From contig CAZIFR010000001.1 in assembly GCA_964539185.1 (NCBI GenBank), forward strand, positions 1-50,661: a DNA stretch of 50,661 nucleotides, read 5' to 3'. Shown piece after piece: positions 20,201 to 29,500 of the stretch (position 1 is its first letter; the number at the start of each line of letters is the position of its first letter). Source of the stretch: an uncultured Muribaculaceae bacterium. Lineage in GTDB: Bacteria; Bacillota_I; Bacilli_A; RF39; UBA660. Under the pieces are notes generated by a model, which worked only from the letters and a program-made list of their open reading frames with translations, did not search any database and was not told the DNA's origin. Both the position numbers and the translations under genes were made by a program.

Positions 20201-21288
20201 TGGGAAAAATTAAATTAAATCAATATACTATCTTAGCTTATTTTTTAATGCGTTCCTTTTTTTTAGGAATAGTTATAAATAATCTGTTAATAACTTCTAA
20301 ACAGGATGCCTTGTTAAGTATTATTTTATCCTTTGTTTTTGGACTTATTCCACTTACTTTATTTTATTTTATTTCAAATCATCATAAAAAATTTAATATC
20401 AACGATTTAATCGATCATTATTTCCCCAAAATAATTGCTTATTTTTTAAAGTTATTATTAGTCTTATTAATCATTTTCTTAATGATTATCTCATTATGGA
20501 AAATAAGTGATTTTGTTAGTTTAAACTATTTATATAAAGCTCCTGCTTATATTATCGCTTTACTTTTTATCCTTCCAATTTATAGTTTAGCTAATAAACG
20601 TTTATCCACAATTGGCAGAACAGTAATTATCTTTTTTATTTTATCAACAGTTCTTTCCATTATAAGTTCAATATTTTTAATAACTAAAATCAATTTATTG
20701 AATTTAAAACCAACTCTTGAATATGGAATTAGTCCTATTTTAAAAGGCTCTCTTTTTTGTGCTAATTATACTTTAGCACCACTATTTCCTCTTTTAATCA
20801 TTCCCCAAAACAGTATTAGTAATAATTTTAAAAGCTTTAAAAGTTTGTTAATTGCTTATACGATAGCAGGCTTATTTTTATTTTTAACCATCTTCTTTAT
20901 TATTTCTGTATTAGGTATCGATTTAACTCTTTTTTATGAATATCCAGAATTTCATGTTTTAAAATTAATTACTTTTGGTAATTTTATTCAAAGACTTGAA
21001 TCCATTTTATCCTTCCAATGGTTTTTTGACTTTATTGTTAGTTTGTCCTTTTTTATGTATTATATAAAAACAAGCATTGAACAAATTTTCAAGGTAAAAA
21101 AAATGACCAATCATCTTATCTTGACCATTTTAATAATTATCATAATTATTATTACTAATAACATTTTTATAGGAAATACTATTGCTTATAACTTTTTTAA
21201 TACTTATTTTCACTATATATCCTTTTTACTATCATTTGTTATCCCGATTATTATTTTAATTGTAATTAAAACAAAAAAGAAAATTTAA
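20200..21288 (+). CDS. Spore germinant receptor subunit B (GerAB, APC-superfamily spore permease)
   Basis: About 10 hydrophobic segments. TAATG overlap with subunit C, and a GGGAGG RBS. Confidence 0.8.
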   Translation: MGKIKLNQYTILAYFLMRSFFLGIVINNLLITSKQDALLSIILSFVFGLIPLTLFYFISNHHKKFNINDLIDHYFPKIIAYFLKLLLVLLIIFLMIISLWKISDFVSLNYLYKAPAYIIALLFILPIYSLANKRLSTIGRTVIIFFILSTVLSIISSIFLITKINLLNLKPTLEYGISPILKGSLFCANYTLAPLFPLLIIPQNSISNNFKSFKSLLIAYTIAGLFLFLTIFFIISVLGIDLTLFYEYPEFHVLKLITFGNFIQRLESILSFQWFFDFIVSLSFFMYYIKTSIEQIFKVKKMTNHLILTILIIIIIIITNNIFIGNTIAYNFFNTYFHYISFLLSFVIPIIILIVIKTKKKI

Positions 21289-22115
21289 TCACTAATTTTT
21301 ACCGAGATTAAAATCCCTATAACTAATAAACCTAAACTAATAAGTACTTCATAAAAAAGAAATTCAGTTTGAAATACTTGAAAAATTAAAGTGATAACTG
21401 AAGCTATAGCAAACCCAATAATAGCACTATAAGTTATTTGGGTTTTTTTATTTAATAAGTAACTCATTAATTTAGATAAAGATATTACTCCAATAGCAAT
21501 TCCAACAAAAAAGGGAATTAACATTTCTAAACCATTTAAAATTTCACTTAAGCTAGTAAGCGAACTTAAGGCATTTAAAAGTAAATGATAACAACCTAAA
21601 ATCATCATTATTGCTGTTCCGCTTATCCCAGGAATAATCATCGTCAGAGCATCTAATAAGCCAATAAAGATAAAAACAAAAAACTTGGATATATAGCTAT
21701 TAAACTCAATAAAAGAATTTTGGTTGCCTACTAATTGTAATAAAAGAATTAATGCCACTGCTCCAATAAAAGCCATATAGCTTTTATAATTCAATTCTTT
21801 AAAATTTATTTTAGTTAACAGTTGTGGTATTCCTCCAATAATCAAACCAACAAAAAGTAACATAGTCGGTAAATAATAGTTATCTAAAAAGTAAATAACT
21901 ATTTTACTTGATAAAACAATTGCAATAGCAACTCCAAGTCCAATCGGAACTAAAAACTCCAAATTGTTTTTGATATCAGAAAAAAAATTACTAATTGAAT
22001 TTAAAGCTTTCTCATACACTCCAAGAGAAATAGCCATAACAGCACCACTTACTCCGGGAATTATTTTTGTAACTCCAATTATCATTCCCTTTAAAAATAA
22101 AATTATATATTTCAT
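21285..22115 (-). CDS. DUF368-family membrane protein (family reported as an undecaprenyl-phosphate translocase, PopT-type)
   Basis: Two homologous halves, each with the signature IPGVSGAVMAISLGVYE / IPGISGTAIMMILGCY. Polytopic membrane profile. AGGAG RBS directly after the trpS stop. Confidence 0.7.
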   Translation of the reverse strand: MKYIILFLKGMIIGVTKIIPGVSGAVMAISLGVYEKALNSISNFFSDIKNNLEFLVPIGLGVAIAIVLSSKIVIYFLDNYYLPTMLLFVGLIIGGIPQLLTKINFKELNYKSYMAFIGAVALILLLQLVGNQNSFIEFNSYISKFFVFIFIGLLDALTMIIPGISGTAIMMILGCYHLLLNALSSLTSLSEILNGLEMLIPFFVGIAIGVISLSKLMSYLLNKKTQITYSAIIGFAIASVITLIFQVFQTEFLFYEVLISLGLLVIGILISVKISD

Positions 22116-22127
22116 AATAAGCTCCTA

Positions 22128-23129
22128 TCAATCAAAATAATCAATATTCATATTAATTTTAATATTTGTCATTTTTTCTTGAGCAATTTTTTTAGCTTGG
22201 TTTGTTCCTTTTAATAAAATTTCATTAACTAATTTTTTATTATCCTCATAATATTTTCTTTTTTCCTGAATTGGTTGTAAAAAGTTTATCATATTAACAA
22301 TTAATTCTTTTTTACAACCAACACATCCTCTTTGACCCTTTTTACATTCACTACAAACATTTTTAAAATGGGGATTAACTAATTTATGATAATAATAAAC
22401 CATACATATCTCAGGATTTGCTTTATCATCTTTTTTAACTTTACTTGGATCAGTAATGGCTGCCATTATTTTTTTAGTTACTTCCTTTTCATTATCGACT
22501 AAATAAATAGCATTATTTAAACTTTTTCCCATCTTATCGTTTCCATCTAATCCTTTAATTCGTTTGTTGTCAGTCAATAATTGAATCGGTTCTAAAAAAG
22601 TGTCCCCATAAATATTATTGAATTTCCGTACAATTTCTCTTGTTTGTTCAATTAAAGGTAATTGATCTTCACCAACTGGTATTAATGTCCCGTCAAAAAT
22701 AGTAATATCGGCGGCTTGACTAACAGGATACCCTAAAAAACCATATGTTACACTTTCCCCATTATGACCAAATAATTCCTTTTTCTGACTTAACTCAGTT
22801 TTTATAGTAGGATTCCGATATAAGCGTGAAATAGTAACCAAGTTAGAAAAATATATCGTTAATTCAGCAATCTCGGGAATTAAAGATTGAATAAAAATGG
22901 TTGCCTGATTGGGATCTATTCCACAAGCTAATAAATCTAAAGTTGTTTCATATACATTCAATCTGACTTTTTTTGGATCATTAAAATTATCAGTTAGAGC
23001 TTGGACATCAGCAATTTCAAAAAAAGATTCATATTCATATTGTAACTTAACCCAGTTTTGAACAGCACCAAAATAATGCCCTAAATGAAGATTTCCAGTT
23101 GGTCTTAGTCCTGTAAGTATTTTTTTCAT
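22128..23129 (-). CDS. trpS: Tryptophan--tRNA ligase with a C-terminal Cys cluster
   Basis: HIGH motif GNLHLGHY, KMSKS variant KMGKS, and class Ic length (333 aa). Cys242/259/262/269/272 (C-x16-C-x2-C-x6-C-x2-C). Confidence 0.9.
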   Translation of the reverse strand: MKKILTGLRPTGNLHLGHYFGAVQNWVKLQYEYESFFEIADVQALTDNFNDPKKVRLNVYETTLDLLACGIDPNQATIFIQSLIPEIAELTIYFSNLVTISRLYRNPTIKTELSQKKELFGHNGESVTYGFLGYPVSQAADITIFDGTLIPVGEDQLPLIEQTREIVRKFNNIYGDTFLEPIQLLTDNKRIKGLDGNDKMGKSLNNAIYLVDNEKEVTKKIMAAITDPSKVKKDDKANPEICMVYYYHKLVNPHFKNVCSECKKGQRGCVGCKKELIVNMINFLQPIQEKRKYYEDNKKLVNEILLKGTNQAKKIAQEKMTNIKINMNIDYFD

Positions 23130-23130
23130 A

Positions 23131-24249
23131 CTACCTCCTTATTGAGAATAAATATATAGCGATTAAAAATTCTTTTCTAAAAAGTTTATACACCTCTAAA
23201 TTTTTATTATTTATCAATCGTTCATATATATTTTTTATAATTGTTTTCTTATCAAATAATTTTTTAATTTCCTTAAAATCTAAGTTATTTATATCTGTCA
23301 TTTCTTGTTTTTCAAATTTAGTCCATAAAATTTCATTAGCTTCATTAAGTTTATATATTTTACTTGCATCTATTTCAAAAGCTTCTAAAGCTGATTCTAA
23401 TACTGTATTAATTCTAAACACATCATCATTTAAATATTTAATACAATTATTTATAAATTGGGTATTATATTTTTCTTTGTTGTAATTTAAAACTCCTTTT
23501 TTAAAAGTATATATTCTTCCATCTAATTTTTTAAATGTTTTCATTGTATCATTGTAACCAAATTTAATCATTCGTTTGGATTTGTTTTTTTCAAACATTA
23601 AAAAAGATTCCAATTTATTATTAGGACGAATATAAAGAATATCGATATCCTTTTCGATTTTTCTTCTTAATCCAACAGCTTTTAAATCCACTGCTATTAT
23701 GTCTGTTGCACCTAATTCAATGGCCAAATTAATAGGAATATTATCATGATAACCCCCATCAATATATAACTGATCATCTATTTTTGCAGGTTTAAAAAAG
23801 GGGAAAACCGTGGCTGATGCTAAAATATATTTAGGCAGTTTTTTTCTTTCAGTATTAAGCGTTGTTGAATAAACAGGTTCTCTAGTAGTTAAATTGACAG
23901 AAACAACCCCATAGATAATATTGGAATTATAAAGCTTGTCAGGATTATATACAGAATTAATTATTTGAGCTATTTTGCTAGTATCGATTCCACCAGTTAA
24001 TAATTTATCCATATAACTAGCATATACATTATTAGTATCAAAATCATCATATATATGTTCAAATTCAATATTATTCCATAAATACAAACCTTTATAGTAT
24101 TGGTTTTGAGCCATTAATAGTCCATTTAACGCCCCAATTGATGTTCCAGTTACAATATTATATTTAATTTTTAGTTTTCTTAATGCCTTCCAAACACCTA
24201 ATTCATAGGCCCCTTTCCCACCACCACCAGCTAAAACAATAGCTTTCAT
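23131..24249 (-). CDS. Patatin-like phospholipase with a ~170-aa C-terminal extension
   Basis: GGGGKGAY (oxyanion hole), GTSIG (GxSxG nucleophile), DGGYHDN (catalytic Asp). AGGTGA RBS. Confidence 0.8.
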   Translation of the reverse strand: MKAIVLAGGGGKGAYELGVWKALRKLKIKYNIVTGTSIGALNGLLMAQNQYYKGLYLWNNIEFEHIYDDFDTNNVYASYMDKLLTGGIDTSKIAQIINSVYNPDKLYNSNIIYGVVSVNLTTREPVYSTTLNTERKKLPKYILASATVFPFFKPAKIDDQLYIDGGYHDNIPINLAIELGATDIIAVDLKAVGLRRKIEKDIDILYIRPNNKLESFLMFEKNKSKRMIKFGYNDTMKTFKKLDGRIYTFKKGVLNYNKEKYNTQFINNCIKYLNDDVFRINTVLESALEAFEIDASKIYKLNEANEILWTKFEKQEMTDINNLDFKEIKKLFDKKTIIKNIYERLINNKNLEVYKLFRKEFLIAIYLFSIRR

Positions 24250-24257
24250 ATTTCACC

Positions 24258-25514
24258 TTATTCCATATAAACAGCAAAATTAATATTTTGATTAAATTCT
24301 AATTCATTATAATCAATAACATTTTTGACACCAAAAGCATCATTATATACTTTTATATTACGTCCAGTTATGAAGTATATATAATTATTAACATAATAAA
24401 TATTATTAGTTGAATTAGTATTAAACAAGTAAACTAAATCGTTTTTATCTTGAATATTCATTCGATATACTTTGTATTCCTCTTGGTCTTTTAAGTATAA
24501 ATAATAATATCCTGTTTCATTACCAATTTTATCAATCCGTGCATATTCGTCATTTTGATAATCATTATTATCGATCTTAAATTTAGTCTCCTTATTAGCT
24601 TCAGCAAGAGTGATTGTGGTCCAGTAACCGTCTTCATAATGTTGAATCTTAGAACTATTAATATTAGAAACCGTTTGTTTGTTAATATTTATTTTATATT
24701 GTTGTTTACTATCTTTATCATATAAATATAATTCCCCATCGACAATTCCTTGAATATAACTATCAAATGATATTTTTTTATCAGAAGCAAAAGTATATGT
24801 ATTTAGTTTTGTTAAATTTACTAAGTTAAATTCATTGAATTCATACTCTTCATTATAATCAGCTGAAATGTAATATTGATTATAAAAAGCTCCAATCTTT
24901 TGATTTCTCTCATCGTGTTTATATAAAGCAATATCATATACTTTAGAATTAAAATTCTTACTGACATTATATATTCCTCGATAATTAGTAAACCCTATAT
25001 AATGATCTTCTATTAAATTATCGATATAAACATTAATATTTTCAATATTTTCATAACTAGCTTTATCTTGCCAATTATTTAAATTATATAAATCAATACC
25101 ATTAGCAAATCTATCTAAATCTTGATCTTTCCCAATTAAATTATGATAATATGTCATTTCATTCTTAGTGTGGCATAAAATATCCATGAGGATTGTGTTC
25201 CCAACGAATATTGGCAAAATGCATTCGTAATTATTGTTTTTAAAATATTCGACATTAGTAATAACCTGTGTCCTTTTATTAAAGTTATGATTTATTTGAA
25301 ATAAAAATTCTTGATTATTAACATTCATTTTATAATAATAATTGTCGTCATTATTATCTATTCTAAAAGTTGATTGTTCATTTATTCCAAAAAGCAAATC
25401 ATTGTTTTTAATTTCATAGGAAAAATTTTCACCTTTACCAAAATATGTAAATAAAAATTCAAGTCCTAAATAAATGATAAATAAAAAGAGGAGCATAATA
25501 AACAATTTTTTCAT
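24258..25514 (-). CDS. Hypothetical N-terminally membrane-anchored protein, beta-rich (possibly propeller-like) ectodomain
   Basis: AGGTGA RBS. N-terminal TM segment KKLFIMLLFLFIIYLGLEFLF. Repeated Tyr/Asn-rich strands (YYYLYLKD..., IYYVNNYIYFITG...). No catalytic motif recognised. Confidence 0.55.
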   Translation of the reverse strand: MKKLFIMLLFLFIIYLGLEFLFTYFGKGENFSYEIKNNDLLFGINEQSTFRIDNNDDNYYYKMNVNNQEFLFQINHNFNKRTQVITNVEYFKNNNYECILPIFVGNTILMDILCHTKNEMTYYHNLIGKDQDLDRFANGIDLYNLNNWQDKASYENIENINVYIDNLIEDHYIGFTNYRGIYNVSKNFNSKVYDIALYKHDERNQKIGAFYNQYYISADYNEEYEFNEFNLVNLTKLNTYTFASDKKISFDSYIQGIVDGELYLYDKDSKQQYKININKQTVSNINSSKIQHYEDGYWTTITLAEANKETKFKIDNNDYQNDEYARIDKIGNETGYYYLYLKDQEEYKVYRMNIQDKNDLVYLFNTNSTNNIYYVNNYIYFITGRNIKVYNDAFGVKNVIDYNELEFNQNINFAVYME

Positions 25515-25639
25515 CGTATCACCTAAATTTATTATATATGATTTTTGTTATTTTTACAACCCATATAGGTTTTTAATTCACACTCTTTCAACCAATTTGA
25601 ATATGCTATATTAGAAATAAATAAAGGGGTGGAATATAT

Positions 25640-26074
25640 ATGTGCGAAAATACAAATAACGAATCTTGCCAATGTATCGCGGAAATATTAAAAGTTATAG
25701 ATATATTACAACAAAAAGCTGATTGCTGCGATGCTTGCTTAGATACATGCGATAGAGGCTTTTTAGGATGTGGAGCATCTTGCTTAAGCTGCAATACTAG
25801 ACCAGTTATGTTATACACTTGTTGTGGCAATGGAGCACCATGGGCAATGTCAATTACTAAAGATAATTCCTCTTGTAGTGAACCAGGACCAACATCTTGT
25901 GTATTTAGAATTGAAAAATTAGATGGTTGCTGTGCTACTTTTAGAATTTTAGTTGAAAATCCTGATCCAGAAAGTGGTTTAACATACGTTGCTACTAATA
26001 CATTTTTCACAATGAATCTAAATTGTTGCTGTGCTTTAAGATGTTTGCCTGATACATATATTGAATGTATCTAA
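25640..26074 (+). CDS. Cysteine-rich spore coat/exosporium basal-layer protein, CotY/CotZ/ExsY family
   Basis: GGGGTGG RBS. 21 Cys in 144 aa by my manual count. Colinear with remembered B. subtilis CotY: CQCIAEILKVIDILQQ vs CVCDAVEKILAEQ; VFRIEKLDGCCATFRIL vs FFRVEKLCDCCATLSIL; CCCALRCL vs CFCAIQCL. Confidence 0.8.
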   Translation: MCENTNNESCQCIAEILKVIDILQQKADCCDACLDTCDRGFLGCGASCLSCNTRPVMLYTCCGNGAPWAMSITKDNSSCSEPGPTSCVFRIEKLDGCCATFRILVENPDPESGLTYVATNTFFTMNLNCCCALRCLPDTYIECI

Positions 26075-26102
26075 AAAATGAGAATTAAATCTCATTTTTT
26101 TT
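26075..26102. terminator. Bidirectional rho-independent terminator
   Basis: aaaatgaga (26075-26083), loop attaaa, tctcatttt (26090-26098). It is flanked by an A-run upstream and a T-run downstream, between the convergent cotY/Z-like gene and the small minus-strand ORF. Confidence 0.65.
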
Positions 26103-26115
26103 AATCAAACACTCT

Positions 26116-26363
26116 CTAATTAGTCTCTTTAAACTCAATATCCAAAATATCTTTTATTTCAATAATTTCATTATCCATTGTTATTAATTCATTTTTGTTT
26201 CTGCCAATAATTTTTTTTGTTATTGTTTTATCTTTCAATGTTATTATTACATCAGCCTTATAAACATATCTAGATGATGAAAAAATTCTATTTATTTTTT
26301 GATAAATCGTTAATGATTTGCTATTATCATCCTTTTTAATCGTTTTTTCTTCGTTTTTTCCAT
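26116..26363 (-). pseudogene. Small (~83-aa) ORF interrupted by a 1-nt frame problem in an A6 run right after its start codon
   Basis: AGAGGTG RBS, 5 nt, then ATG (26363). The ATG frame stops after 17 codons (26310). An 85-codon frame with no start codon runs from 26373 to a TAG at 26116-26118, offset by -1. One extra A in ATGGAAAAAACG would fuse them into MEKNEEKTIKKDDNSKSLTIYQKINRIF...EFKETN. Confidence 0.4.
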
Positions 26364-26468
26364 AACAACACCTCTAATAAATTATATTGTTTTATTTTAA
26401 AAAAATACTAATTAAGTTATAAAAGCTGTTTAGTAAAAAGAATATATATTATTCGATATAATTAAATT

Positions 26469-26498
26469 AAGCAAGAAATAATTATAAATTTCTTGCTT
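26469..26498 (-). terminator. Candidate terminator hairpin downstream of polC
   Basis: 11-bp perfect stem, aagcaagaaat (26469-26479) with atttcttgctt (26488-26498), and an 8-nt loop. On the minus strand it is followed by AATTTAATTAT, a weak U-tract. Confidence 0.5.
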
Positions 26499-26515
26499 AT
26501 ATGATTAACTATATT

Positions 26516-29500
26516 TTAAAATAAACTTAATTGACTAGATTCATCCATACCGTCTAAAATTCCCATTAATTTCATTTTTTCAATGGTTGTACTACTAACT
26601 TTTCCTCTTTTTTGTAAATCTTGAATACTCAAGAACATTCCCTTATTTCTTTCTTCAACAATTGTTTTAGCAACTGTATCCCCTAAACCATCAATTGTTT
26701 TAAAGGGTGGAATCAAAGTGATATTGTCATCAGCAATTTTAAAATAATTGGCATCACTTTTTTCAATATCAATATTACCAAATTTTAATCCTCTAGCTGT
26801 CATTTCTAGGGCCAATCTTAATGTTTCTAAAATGCCTGTTTCTTTATTAGAAATTTCATACCCTTTATTAATAAATTCATTCACTTTATTTTTAATAGCA
26901 TCATATCCTTTAATCATTGTTTCAATATCAAAATCCGTAGCCTTCGTTGAAAACCAAGAGGCATAAAAACAACTAGGATAGTAAACTTTATAATATGCTA
27001 TTCGAAAGGCACTCGTAACATAAGCTGTAGCATGTGCTTTAGGAAACATATATTTGATTTTTCGACACGACTCGATAAACCAGTCTTCTATTTTAGCTTC
27101 TTTCATTTCCTTAGCAAATCCAGACCATGTTTCTAAATCTTTACTTGCTTTTCCTTTTCTAACAAATTCCATAATCTTAAAGGCTTTGATTGGTTTCATT
27201 CCTTTATACATTAGATACACCATTATATCATCACGACAACCAATAATATTTTTAAATGGAACGATATTTTTTTGAATTAATTCCTGGGCATTACCTAACC
27301 AAACGTCAGTCCCGTGGGATAAACCAGAAATTTTTATTAATTCAGCAAAGGTAGTTGGTTTGGTTTCTGAAACTAAACCAATAGTAAATGGTGTTCCAAA
27401 TTCTGGAATTCCTAAAGTTCCTGTTTCATTTAAAATTTGTTCTTTTGTTACTCCAAGCGGCTTTGGTGATAAAAATATTTCCATCGTCTTTTCTTCACCC
27501 AAAGGAACTTGTATTACATCGGTATTAGATAAATCTTGAAGCATCCGCAGTTGGGTTGGATCAGAATGACCTAAAATATCTAATTTTAACAAAGCTTGAT
27601 CTATAGCATGATAGTCAAAATGGGTTGTCCTCCATGATGAATTAGGATCATCAGCTGGATATTGAAAGGGAGTAAAATCAAAAACCTCCATATAATCTGG
27701 AATAACTACAATCCCCCCAGGATGTTGTCCTGTTGTCCTTTTTACTCCCGTACATCCAATTGCTAATCTTTCTATTTCAGCTGATCTTTTACTTATTCCT
27801 TTATCTTCACAATAACCTTTAACAAATCCATAAGCTGTTTTATCAGCTACTGTTCCAATTGTTCCAGCTCGATAAACATTGTCAATTCCAAATAATTCCT
27901 TAGTATATTCATGAGCAGTAGCTTGATTTAAATCAGAAAAATTTAAATCAATATCAGGAACCTTATCAGCATTAAAACCAAGAAAAGTCGCAAATGGCAT
28001 ATCATTACCATCTTTTATCATTGTTTCACTACATTTTGGACATTTCATATCGGGTAAATCAAATCCCGATAAATAATCATTACCAAGTAAGTTACCGTTT
28101 TCTTCAAAAATGCTATACTTACATTTTGAACAACGATAATGAGCAGGTAATGGGTTGACTTCCGTTATTCCCATCATTGTTGCAACAAGTGATGAACCAA
28201 CAGATCCTCGTGAACCAACTAAGTAGCCATCTTCATTGGATTTTTTAACAAGTTTTTGCGAAATTAAATAGATAACATCGAATCCCCCACCAATAATTCC
28301 ACCTAATGCTTGCTTTCCTTTTTCCTTTATTTCAATATCTGATAATTTTGGTTCCGTATGTTTTAAGTTATCTTCAACGACATTTTTAATAGCATCAAAC
28401 CCATTTAGAATAGTTTGATGTAATTCAACATATGTCAAATTATCTAGGTCTTTTTCAGAAACGTTTTCTCTCATTAATTTTTCTTTAATAATATTAAAAA
28501 TTCCATCACCATATAGTTCTTTGGCTATTCTTTCTTCAATTATTAAAGGAAGTGGATGACCATACCAGTTTTCAGCTTGTTCATAAACAAGTTTTGTTAC
28601 CATTTCAACAGAATTGTCTATCTTAGGTGAAAAAGGAATTCCATTCGTTTCAACAATAACTTCAATAACATCGATACTATCAGCAATCTTATAAGTATTT
28701 TCGATTACTATTTCATTTCTTAATTTATCATCTAAAAAACTAAAATCGTTTAACATTTCTTCAGTTGTTCTAAAATGTTGGCTAGGAATATCTTTGATAT
28801 TATTACGGGCTAGAGGATGCCTTCCTCCTCCTGGAACCTTTTGATTAACGATTATTTCTCGGTAAATTTTATCTTCTTTAAACAAATGATGAACATCACC
28901 AGTTGCCACAACAATTTTTCCGGCTTCTTTTGAAGTCGATATAACCTTTTTTACATGTTCTATTAACTCTAATTTAGATCCAAAATCACCAGTTTGTAGT
29001 AGATGATCATATACATCTAATGGTTGAACTTCAACATAATCGTAAAAGTTAATAACATTGGTTAATTCTTCTCCACTTTTGCTTTTAGCCTCAATAAAAA
29101 CTTCACTTCCATAACATCCACTACCAATTAATAATCCATCGCGGTGTTTAGTAATTTCACTTCTTAATATTCTTGGCGTTTTATATAAATATTGAGTATT
29201 AGCAAGGGAAATTAATTTAAATAAGTTTTTTAATCCAATCTTATTTTGAACTAAAATATTAACATGATAAGATCTTCCATATTTATGAATTTCTGATTTA
29301 TCGACAAGATTATTCAAATCGCTCATTTTAGTTTTATTTTGATCGATGACTTTTAACATCATTTTATGAAAAACTAACGCTGTTCCTAAGGCATCATAAT
29401 CAGCTCTATGATGTGCCGTTTCATCCCATGGAACATTATACCTTTTAACTAAAGCAGTTAAGTTATGCTTGGCATAGTTACTGTCCAAAACCCGCGATAA

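Noticed and set aside
23131-24249. Patatin-like protein as a CBASS or other defence effector
   Set aside because: There is no CD-NTase, cyclase, SMODS, SAVED or other sensor gene nearby. The gene is in a tight operon with trpS and a DUF368 membrane protein.
25515-25639. T-box riboswitch upstream of the trpS-containing operon
   Set aside because: The region is only 125 bp and is shared with a divergent gene. I could not find a specifier-loop, T-box (AAnnnGGTGGnACCGCG-like) or terminator/antiterminator arrangement. trpS itself has a 1-nt upstream gap.
25606-26010. 134-aa minus-strand ORF opposite the cotY/Z-like gene
   Set aside because: The plus-strand frame reproduces several CotY/CotZ signature blocks and has an RBS and terminator. 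The antisense frame has no recognisable features.
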